Positions 17,812-25,542 are shown, counted from the stretch's first letter. The stretch: DNA of 37,372 nucleotides from an uncultured Anaerolineales bacterium (GCA_964621895.1 CAZUMG010000004.1:4697-42068); one strand, 5' to 3'. Notes: generated by a model from the letters alone, not told the origin. A program made the numbers and translations.

Positions 17812-18264
17812 ATGGAAAATTGTGCAGAGTACGAGAAACCAAAAATACTTATTCTGGCCACCATTTCAGGGGGATATGCTGGGGCAGACTCTGTCGGGCA
17901 ATTGCACACAGATTACCCAAACAATACCTATATTCTCCCGGTAATTTGTCCGAGTATGTTCAGAGAAGGTTTTTATATCGGAGCATTTAAACGGGGTATA
18001 GATGCCATCATTGTCATGTACAGCGGAACAGACAGCCCGTACAAAGGGGGGCCCGAACGCGCTGCCCAGTTGATTAACAAAACCTATCCAGCTATGAAAG
18101 AAATTGGTCTGGATACCCGCCGATTAAAATTGACTGCTATTTGTACAGTATGCACCAAACCATTTCTGAAAGAAGTCAGCCAGATGAATATTCTTCTGGA
18201 TGAAATTGGATTTGTAAAAGATGAAATGGCAGCCTTCTCAGGTACTGAGCCAGCGGCAGCCTGA
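17812..18264 (+). CDS. MvhD/FlpD-like domain protein lacking most of the canonical cluster-binding cysteines
   Basis: AAGGA Shine-Dalgarno 7 nt before the ATG at 17812. YAGADSVG...YP.N...LPVICPS...AFKRGIDAIIVMYSGTDSPYKGGPERA follows the MvhD/FlpD layout. Confidence 0.6.
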   Translation: MENCAEYEKPKILILATISGGYAGADSVGQLHTDYPNNTYILPVICPSMFREGFYIGAFKRGIDAIIVMYSGTDSPYKGGPERAAQLINKTYPAMKEIGLDTRRLKLTAICTVCTKPFLKEVSQMNILLDEIGFVKDEMAAFSGTEPAAA

Positions 18265-18327
18265 CCCGCCCTTAAATGTAATAGGACGGATGCATATTAA
18301 GAATATTAATACAGAGGAGAAACACCC

Positions 18328-19650
18328 TTGAGAAAAATCCAAGTCGATGCTCTCGTAGTCGGTGGTGGAATTTCCGGGATGCAAACTGCCCTTGATCTCG
18401 CGGATCAGGGTTATCAGGTTGCACTGGTGGAAAAGGAAGCCAGCATTGGCGGCAAAATGATCGCCCTCAGTAAAGTATTTCCAACCCTGGACTGCTGCAG
18501 CTGCATAACAACTCCAAAAATGTCCGCTGTCGCCCACCACGCCAATATTCAACTGCTTACCTACCATGAGATCCAGGCAGTCACCAAAACTGAGACGGGG
18601 TTTATCGCTGAAGTTCTTAAAAAACCCCGCTACGTCGATGAAGATAGCTGTACTGGGTGCAGAAAGTGCGAATATGCCTGCCCAATTAGCCTTCCCAATG
18701 CATTTGACCTGGATTATGGAGCAACCAAAGCAGTTCGCGTTCCATTTTCTACTGCAGTTCCCCAGTATGCGGTACTGGATATAGAAAATTGCATTCTGTG
18801 CGGTAAATGTGAAAAGGTTTGTCCAGTTGATTGCATTGATTTCACCCAGATACCAGAAACTTTTGAGATCGAAGCCGATGCTATCATCCTGGCAACCGGA
18901 TTTGAAACTACATCTCGCTTCGCCAAGAAGGAATACGGGGCAGATCAAAATCATAACGTGATTAATGCCATGTTCATGGAGCGTTTACTCGCGCCTACAG
19001 GACCATACGGTCGAGTGATTAGACCCGGTGATGGGAAAGAACCTGATTCGATAGCCTATGTCCAGTGCGCGGGATCCAGGGACACTACCCTGGGTGTTGA
19101 ATACTGCTCGCGGGTTTGCTGCATGTATGCTATTAAACAAGCCATGCTTTTAGCCGGTTCACTTCCCATGGCAGATATAACTATTTATTACATGGATATA
19201 CGCAGTTTTGGCAAAGGGTATGAACAATTTTTTCAGAATGCCAAAACCATGGGAATCCAATTTGTAAATGGGAAAGTCGCTTCAATAAAGCAAGATGAAA
19301 ATCAAAACCCCGTCCTCAGGGTGGAACTTATTGACGAAGGATCTCAGGTTGTAGAAAGAACCCACGATCTGGTTGTCCTCTCGGTAGGATTACTCCCTGG
19401 TTATGATCCGGAAGAGATCTTTAAACTCTCCCCGGCAGATGATGGTTTCATCAATACACCCAAAACAAACTCCTATCCCTGTTTAACCGATCAAACAGGT
19501 ATTTTTGTCGCCGGAACATCTGCGGGACCCATGGACATCGTAGATAGCATTATTATGTCAGGGTCAGCAGCTTCTGAAGCGGCAGCCTATATTGAAAATA
19601 AGAAAAAATCCCCTGCCCCACCAGAAAAAAGAGAGTCTGTCTATGCCTAA
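18328..19650 (+). CDS. HdrA-family flavo-FeS protein, QmoA-like (440 aa)
   Basis: GAGGAG Shine-Dalgarno then TTG start. VVGGGISGMQTA FAD fold. Two CxxCxxCxxxCP motifs (CTGCRKCEYACP, CILCGKCEKVCP). HdrA signature CAGSRD...YCSRVCC. Confidence 0.8.
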   Translation: MRKIQVDALVVGGGISGMQTALDLADQGYQVALVEKEASIGGKMIALSKVFPTLDCCSCITTPKMSAVAHHANIQLLTYHEIQAVTKTETGFIAEVLKKPRYVDEDSCTGCRKCEYACPISLPNAFDLDYGATKAVRVPFSTAVPQYAVLDIENCILCGKCEKVCPVDCIDFTQIPETFEIEADAIILATGFETTSRFAKKEYGADQNHNVINAMFMERLLAPTGPYGRVIRPGDGKEPDSIAYVQCAGSRDTTLGVEYCSRVCCMYAIKQAMLLAGSLPMADITIYYMDIRSFGKGYEQFFQNAKTMGIQFVNGKVASIKQDENQNPVLRVELIDEGSQVVERTHDLVVLSVGLLPGYDPEEIFKLSPADDGFINTPKTNSYPCLTDQTGIFVAGTSAGPMDIVDSIIMSGSAASEAAAYIENKKKSPAPPEKRESVYA

Positions 19651-21664
19651 TAACAAGACGAACGAGATCAGAATTGGCGTATACACCTGCCATTGTGGCG
19701 GAAATATCAGTGATGTGATCAATTGTGAGAAGGTCGCAAAAGAATTAGAGAAATTTCCCAATGTTGTCGTATCCCGCACCGACGAATCGATGTGTTCTGA
19801 TATCGGACAATCCTTGATTGAGGACGATATCAGGGAAAAAGGGATCAACCGGGTAGTGATCGGAGCATGTGCTCCCTCTTTACATGAACAAACTTTCCGG
19901 GGTACGCTTTCCAGAGCTGGTCTTAATCCTTATCTGTATTATCACGTTGGTTTGAGGGAACAAGACAGTTGGGTTCACAAGAATAACTGTGAGGGAGCAA
20001 CTGATAAAGCGATCCGCTTAATGGCTACAGGGATTGGAAAAGCCAGATTGCTTGATCCCCTCTCACCAATCCAATTAAAAGCTGAGCGGCATGCCCTGGT
20101 TATTGGGGGAGGAATAGCCGGTATAAAATCGGCCTATGACATCGCCCGCCGGGGACTAAAAGTTACCCTGATTGAAAAATCACCTTTCCTGGGTGGCAGG
20201 GTTGCTCAGCTGGACACACTTTTCCCGACCGATGAAAAAGCCCGCGATACACTCCAGGATTTGATCCAGAAAATAACCGCCCATCCCAATATCACCATTA
20301 TCACCCAGGCTGAGGTTACCCGGGTCTCAGGATATGTTGGGGATTTTCATATTCAAATTCAGCAAAATTCACGCGGAGTGGATGACTTAAATGCGGAAGA
20401 TATTATGGCCGCTTCCCAGCAATCCGTTCCGAATGAGTTTGACTATGGATTAACAACTCGCAAGGTGATTTACCGTCCCTATTCCAATTGTTATCCCAAT
20501 ACGCCTGCGGTCGACTGGGAAAATTATGATGGGAAACCCCTGATGGTGAATGGGGAAGAAATCATTTTGAAGAATCAACCCTCCACTAAAGACTTTCATG
20601 TCGGCGCTATTGTTGTGGCTACCGGTTTTGACCCCTATGAACCGCGGCAGGGCGAATTTGGTTATGGGGAAATTCCGGAAGTTATCACCCTACCTACTTT
20701 AATCCGCCATCTTGACTCCCATAAAAAAGGTGCCGAATTGACCTGGAATGGGCACTCGGTTCGGGATATAGCCCTGCTGCATTGTGTTGGCAGTAGAGAA
20801 ATTGAAGGGATTGATGCTCCTCACGAAGATGGAATGGTCAACAATTACTGTTCAAGGGTTTGCTGCACAGCAAATCTGCATATGGCTAATACCCTCAAAG
20901 AAAACTACCCTGAGATAAATATTTATGATTTATACGAGGATATCAGGACCTACGGTCGCGGACATGAGATCTTTTATCAGGACGCTCTCAGTCAAATGGT
21001 CCGTTTCCTGCGCTTCCACGGTGATGATCGTCCAAATGTGAAAAAAGCCGATCCAGCCGATACTCATCCCGTTCTGGTTGATGTGCGCGATCACCTCTCC
21101 AATGGAAAAGAATTGGAAATCCCCGTTGACTTGGTTGTCTTGGCTGTTGGTATGATTCCCCGAGATATTGACCAGTTAGTAAAAATGCTCAAGATCTCCA
21201 GGGGTAACGACCGATTTTTAGCTGAAGTCCATCCAAAACTACGACCCGTCGAAACAGCGGTCCCCGGTATCGTTCTTGCTGGCACCGCCCAGGGTCCGAT
21301 GAACGTCCAAGAAAGCTGTGCAGCAGCATCAGCCGCCGCGGCGAAAGTTTCCGCACTCCTCAGCCAGGGGAAAGTTGAACTGGAGCCCTTTGTCGCTCAG
21401 GTGGATCTGGATAAATGCCAGGGTACTGGCAGTTGTGTAGAAGTATGTGCTTATGAAGACGCGATCGCCCTGCAGGAGATGACTATCAACAATCAGGTTG
21501 TAAAACGGGCAGTGGTCAGCCCAGCAAATTGCACCGGTTGCGGAAATTGTGTTAGCGCCTGCCCAAGTGAGGCTATCGAGGTCCAGGGATGGACCATACC
21601 CCAATATGAAGCCATGCTGGATGCAATTGCCCTTGATCTTGATGAATTAATGGAGGTTGCATAA
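19643..21664 (+). CDS. HdrA-family flavo-FeS protein, QmoB-like (673 aa) without a fused MvhD domain
   Basis: The ATG at 19643 gives an 8-nt overlap with the upstream gene. N-domain YTCHCGGNISDVINC...GACAP. VIGGGIAGIKSA. CVGSRE...YCSRVCC. C-terminal ferredoxin CQGTGSCVEVC (atypical) plus CTGCGNCVSACP. Confidence 0.8.
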   Translation: MPNNKTNEIRIGVYTCHCGGNISDVINCEKVAKELEKFPNVVVSRTDESMCSDIGQSLIEDDIREKGINRVVIGACAPSLHEQTFRGTLSRAGLNPYLYYHVGLREQDSWVHKNNCEGATDKAIRLMATGIGKARLLDPLSPIQLKAERHALVIGGGIAGIKSAYDIARRGLKVTLIEKSPFLGGRVAQLDTLFPTDEKARDTLQDLIQKITAHPNITIITQAEVTRVSGYVGDFHIQIQQNSRGVDDLNAEDIMAASQQSVPNEFDYGLTTRKVIYRPYSNCYPNTPAVDWENYDGKPLMVNGEEIILKNQPSTKDFHVGAIVVATGFDPYEPRQGEFGYGEIPEVITLPTLIRHLDSHKKGAELTWNGHSVRDIALLHCVGSREIEGIDAPHEDGMVNNYCSRVCCTANLHMANTLKENYPEINIYDLYEDIRTYGRGHEIFYQDALSQMVRFLRFHGDDRPNVKKADPADTHPVLVDVRDHLSNGKELEIPVDLVVLAVGMIPRDIDQLVKMLKISRGNDRFLAEVHPKLRPVETAVPGIVLAGTAQGPMNVQESCAAASAAAAKVSALLSQGKVELEPFVAQVDLDKCQGTGSCVEVCAYEDAIALQEMTINNQVVKRAVVSPANCTGCGNCVSACPSEAIEVQGWTIPQYEAMLDAIALDLDELMEVA

Positions 21665-21957
21665 TGACTGAAAAAGATGCTGCCAAACAACGAACCCAAC
21701 TATTAAAAGAGTTGCGAGAAAAACATCAAAGCACAGTTGACCAAACCCAGGCTCTTCTTAAGGAAAATGGGAAAGTTGAAAGGGATATTCTAAAATTGAT
21801 CACCGAGGAATCCAAAACTGTCCCGGTAATAGCCTCTACGCTAGATCTACCGACTCATCGAATTTTGTGGTTCTTAACAGCCTTAAAGAAATATGGCCAG
21901 ATCAGTGAAGACGGCATGGACGGGGAATATGTCCTTTATAAGCGGAATGAGGAGTAA
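21664..21957 (+). CDS. 97-aa protein with a charged helical N-terminus and a winged-helix-like C-terminus; function unknown
   Basis: The start overlaps the upstream stop (TAATG). The next gene begins 4 nt after its stop, and a GAGGAG for that gene lies within its 3' end. Confidence 0.6.
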   Translation: MTEKDAAKQRTQLLKELREKHQSTVDQTQALLKENGKVERDILKLITEESKTVPVIASTLDLPTHRILWFLTALKKYGQISEDGMDGEYVLYKRNEE

Positions 21958-21961
21958 CACT

Positions 21962-23134
21962 ATGGCCACAAGAGTGGATCCCAGTTTAATGATTGAGCTT
22001 AAGGAATTTGGCGCTGTTGATCTCGAAAAGTGCTTTAACTGCGGCAACTGTACTGCTATTTGTCCTCTCACGGATAGCGATCATCCCTTCCCAAGAGACA
22101 TGATCCGAATGGTTCAACTTGGCTTAAGGGATCAAATAACGGAAAGCCTTGATCCCTGGCTGTGCTATTATTGCGGGGACTGTTCCCTTACTTGTCCTAA
22201 GAAAGCAGAACCTGCGGAAACCATGATGTCTTTACGCCGCTGGCTGACAGCCCAGTATGATTGGACGGGATTGGCTGGTAAATTCTATACATCCAAATTC
22301 TGGGAATTCGGATCTATGATACTGGCAGCGATTTTTGTGATTATCTTGGCGATCATCCTGCATGGACCGATCATTACAGACCAAGTCGAGCTGAACACTT
22401 TTGCCCCAATTGAACTAATGCATACAGCAGACTGGATCATGGCAGTTGGCTTAGTATTCTTTATTGGAACAAACATTTTAAGAATGCACAATAGCATAAT
22501 CCTCCGGGGAATTTCCGTTAAAGTACCCCTGGGGGTGTATCTGTCTGAAGCCTGGTACTTTATTCTCCACCTTTTCACCCAGAAACGCTGGTCAGAATGC
22601 GCAAAAGATGAAAAGACCCAGCAGGAAAAACTCCATAAACAAACACCCTGGATTACCCACCTGCTTCTGGCCAGCGGTTATGGTTTGATGCTGGTGTTAA
22701 TCATGCTCTTCCTGCCCTGGTTCCAAACTGATTCGATCTACCCGATAACCAACCCCCAGCGATGGTTGGGATACTATGCCACGGCAGTCCTGCTATACGG
22801 TGCGGGATCGGTACTCTACGGCCGGATTAAACAAGATCGACCGCTGCATCAATTTTCCCATGCAAGTGACTGGATCTTTCCGGTCCTGCTGCTAATTGTA
22901 GCTTTAACCGGAATCTTACAGCACACATTCCGATACCTTGGCTTGCCCCTGGCAACATACTATACCTATGTAATTCACCTTGCAGCTGCCTTCCCGATGT
23001 TGGTGTTGGAAGTACCCTTTGGAAAATGGGCTCACCTGTATTATCGGCCCCTGGCGGTATATTTCCAGGCTGTTAAGGTCAAAGCAGAGGAACTAGCAAA
23101 AATCCAAGGTAAAGCCGCGGTACCTGTTGCATAA
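21962..23134 (+). CDS. HdrC-like 2x[4Fe-4S] domain fused to an HdrE/DsrM/NarI-like polytopic membrane domain (QmoC-like)
   Basis: CFNCGNCTAICP and CYYCGDCSLTCP, followed by about six hydrophobic helices carrying several His (HGPI, HTADW, LHLF, THLLL, QHTF, IHLAA). Confidence 0.75.
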   Translation: MATRVDPSLMIELKEFGAVDLEKCFNCGNCTAICPLTDSDHPFPRDMIRMVQLGLRDQITESLDPWLCYYCGDCSLTCPKKAEPAETMMSLRRWLTAQYDWTGLAGKFYTSKFWEFGSMILAAIFVIILAIILHGPIITDQVELNTFAPIELMHTADWIMAVGLVFFIGTNILRMHNSIILRGISVKVPLGVYLSEAWYFILHLFTQKRWSECAKDEKTQQEKLHKQTPWITHLLLASGYGLMLVLIMLFLPWFQTDSIYPITNPQRWLGYYATAVLLYGAGSVLYGRIKQDRPLHQFSHASDWIFPVLLLIVALTGILQHTFRYLGLPLATYYTYVIHLAAAFPMLVLEVPFGKWAHLYYRPLAVYFQAVKVKAEELAKIQGKAAVPVA

Positions 23135-23287
23135 TTTTCGGATCCAATCAACCAGGTACTATTTTGAAGATAATAAGATGCCTGATAGGAGAGTAATCTT
23201 TACACTAATAAGTCTGCCAAATCAGGTATGAAAGGTAATGATAAGAAGTGCATTTCTAAATCAACATTAGAAAGGAGAGAAACATAT

Positions 23288-23461
23288 GTGAGTGAAGGGA
23301 CCTCAACCCAAACGCAGATTAGCCTGGGAAAGTTTTACCCAGTTCCAGGAGAGATTATTCAGCTCAGTTTCACCAGGGTATCTCCAAGGGCAGTTATAAG
23401 TACCGGATCAGCGTTCCATGAGTTGGGTGTACTGAACAATAGGAAATCAAGAAAAACTTAA
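23288..23461 (+). CDS. Possible 57-aa small protein (GTG start); very uncertain
   Basis: Strong AAAGGAGAG Shine-Dalgarno at 23271-23279. The optimally spaced ATG (23286) is followed at once by TGA. The overlapping GTG at 23288 opens a 57-codon frame. Confidence 0.2.
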   Translation: MSEGTSTQTQISLGKFYPVPGEIIQLSFTRVSPRAVISTGSAFHELGVLNNRKSRKT

Positions 23462-23473
23462 ATAAGCTATACC

Positions 23474-23493
23474 CGGGATAATATCATATCCCG
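23474..23493. promoter_or_regulatory. 20-bp palindrome overlapping a -10-like hexamer upstream of the DsrE-family gene; candidate operator
   Basis: CGGGATA-atatca-TATCCCG. TAATAT at 23479-23484. dsrE-like ATG at 23527. Confidence 0.4.
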
Positions 23494-23526
23494 ATTAATT
23501 CAGATTAAAAAAAAGGAGATTTAACA

Positions 23527-23886
23527 ATGAGTAAAATGGCGATAGCTTGTAACGGCGATACCGCAGCCAACATTATGCCAACCCTGATTTTTTCATCTTC
23601 AGGCTTAGCAGTTGACAATGAAGTTGTGATTTTCTTCTGTCCCGCAGGCGCGCGCTGGGTGTTGAAGGGTGAGCTGGAAAAATTGGGGTCCCCTAAGGGA
23701 CTACCTGATCCTATCAAATTGTTTAATGACATTCTGGATCTTGGTGGGGAAATGATTTTATGTGAACTGGCCCTGGAAAACAAAGGCATTGATCCAAAAG
23801 ACCTGCGTGATTCCAGAATCAAAATCGCCAAGGCTCCCCCATTCTTAATGCAAGTAGAAGATGCCAATTTAACCTTTACTTTCTAA
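23527..23886 (+). CDS. DsrE/DsrF-family small sulfur-relay protein
   Basis: About 119 aa, AGGAG Shine-Dalgarno. Layout MAIACNGD...VVIFFCPAGARWV...GGEMILCELAL, with a Cys in the position expected for DsrE-type carriers. Confidence 0.7.
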   Translation: MSKMAIACNGDTAANIMPTLIFSSSGLAVDNEVVIFFCPAGARWVLKGELEKLGSPKGLPDPIKLFNDILDLGGEMILCELALENKGIDPKDLRDSRIKIAKAPPFLMQVEDANLTFTF

Positions 23887-23925
23887 AGTTGGGGAGTGCA
23901 TCTTAAACCAGCGAAAAAAATGAAC

Positions 23926-23956
23926 GAAAAAAGAGGCCAGGATTGGCCTCTTTTTC
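23926..23956. terminator. Bidirectional intrinsic terminator between the convergent DsrE-family and lysR genes
   Basis: AAAAAA, then AGAGGCCA-ggat-TGGCCTCT, then TTTT. Confidence 0.6.
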
Positions 23957-23978
23957 ATTCACTTAAAATGGCTATAAA

Positions 23979-24932
23979 TTATAAATCCTTAATGGTATAT
24001 TTGGAGTCTCCCCGCCCGGCTATTTCTATCAGATCCCGATTAGTGGGATCATGTACAAAGCCCCAGAAGGCATCCTGGGAACGATTGGAAACGTTTAATC
24101 TCTTACGAACCATGTAGATTGTTCTTACCAGGTTAAATCCCTCAATTGGGACAGCTACAACATTTCCTCGATCCAGAGCACAGTCGGCTGCCAGCTTGGA
24201 TACAAATGAGATCCCGTACCCGGCAGCCACCGTTCTGATAATAGCCTCTGCATTGCCTATTTTCATAAAGATATTTAAATCTTCTAAACTGATGTCATAT
24301 TTGGCAAATTCAGAAAGGACAATCTTCCTGGTTCCAGAGGTTTCCTCGCGCATGATGATAGATTCCTCCAATAAATCTTCCGGAAGAATCTTAGAACGAG
24401 AGATGAAGGGATGGCTTTTCGGAACGATCACAGAAATTGAATCCTGAAAAAAACGCTGGAGTTCCAGCTCTTTATCCGGGATTTCAGAACTGATTACACC
24501 CAGGTTTGCTATTCCTTCCAACAGATTGGGGACAACCGTTGCAGGGGCACAGCGCAGTAATGTCATCCGGATCTTCGGGTGCCGCATTGAAAACCGTGCG
24601 GCCAATTGAGGAAGGACATATTTCCCGGCGGTTGTGCTGCAGGCAATACACAGATCCCCGGCGATTCCTTGTTTCAGCGAGTCCATCATCTCCTGCATTT
24701 CAATCGAATCTCTCACAACTCGCTTAGCCCAGGGGACTAATAGACGGCCTGCCTCAGTGAGTTTTATCGATGCGCCCTGCCGCTCGAAAAGCAAAACACC
24801 CAGGTCCTGCTCTAAATTTTTAATATGGTGGCTGACAGTTGGTTGGGTGACATGAAGAATCCGGGCAGCTTCAGAAAAGTTGAGATTCTCAGCTGCATGT
24901 AAAAAAGTCTCAATCTGTAACAGATCGACCAT
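23979..24932 (-). CDS. LysR-family transcriptional regulator
   Basis: N-terminal HTH LNFSEAARILHVTQPTVSHHIKNLEQDLGVLLFER, followed by a substrate-binding domain. Confidence 0.85.
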   Translation of the reverse strand: MVDLLQIETFLHAAENLNFSEAARILHVTQPTVSHHIKNLEQDLGVLLFERQGASIKLTEAGRLLVPWAKRVVRDSIEMQEMMDSLKQGIAGDLCIACSTTAGKYVLPQLAARFSMRHPKIRMTLLRCAPATVVPNLLEGIANLGVISSEIPDKELELQRFFQDSISVIVPKSHPFISRSKILPEDLLEESIIMREETSGTRKIVLSEFAKYDISLEDLNIFMKIGNAEAIIRTVAAGYGISFVSKLAADCALDRGNVVAVPIEGFNLVRTIYMVRKRLNVSNRSQDAFWGFVHDPTNRDLIEIAGRGDSKYTIKDL

Positions 24933-25104
24933 GATAATTTTCCTGTGAGCTCGAATAGCTGCGCATTTATAATCTTACCATAGGTATTTTTAACTGCCTG
25001 TTACCCATAGAGCGGTGACCAGCTTCCGGCCGGATTGGTTATTTTAACAAAACAGATCTCAAATTAAATTGGGGCCTGTTTTAGATCCTAAAGTAAGTGA
25101 TTAA

Positions 25105-25384
25105 TCAGGGAGCTGCGTATTCAACGACCGGGTAGCCAGCACCCACCCAACCTCCAAATCCACCTATCAGGATGATTACATTGCTGTAGCTGTAGCTATG
25201 CAAGATTTACATCGCCATAGTGGAGCGGTGACCGCTGCCGCAGTACACCACAATTTCTGCATCTTTGTCCGCTGGCTAGAGAGCTTTATTGGCAATGAAA
25301 TCTTCCAAGGGAACCGAGATCCATTCCTGGTCAGACAGTGGAACTTCTCGGGGTATCCAGTTTATCAATTAAGGAAGAGACCAT
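25105..25384 (-). pseudogene. Decayed single-domain rhodanese (sulfurtransferase) gene
   Basis: Hand translation of the minus strand gives ...EWISVPLEDFIANKAL*PADKDAEIVVYCGSGHRSTMAM*ILHSYSYSNVIILIGGFGGWVGAGYPVVE. In-frame TAG at 25276-25278 and TAA at 25207-25209. The only upstream ATG (25384) is in another frame. Confidence 0.6.
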
Positions 25385-25542
25385 CTTTTTAATTGGAACA
25401 CAGCAGTTTATTTTATAGATATGAGTTTAATAATATTTCCAAATGTCCCCTGGTATTAATGCATCCTGGGAATCATTTGAGTAACATCTGCATGGGTTTA
25501 CACTTAGCTTCTGAGGCCGTCAGCCATTAGCCAGTACATGAA

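Noticed and set aside
18238-18954. 238-aa minus-strand ORF, and similar antisense ORFs (1450-1851, 7356-7724, 8502-8918, 14585-15010, 23505-23867, 29213-29605)
   Set aside because: Each lies antisense to, or out of frame within, a gene that has clear family motifs. None has a ribosome-binding site or recognisable motifs of its own, and their composition is odd. They are typical shadow ORFs.
23228-23461. 77-aa ORF starting at the ATG at 23228
   Set aside because: There is no Shine-Dalgarno before that ATG. The only strong one in the spacer (23271-23279) lies inside the ORF. Only the shorter GTG version is kept, at low confidence.
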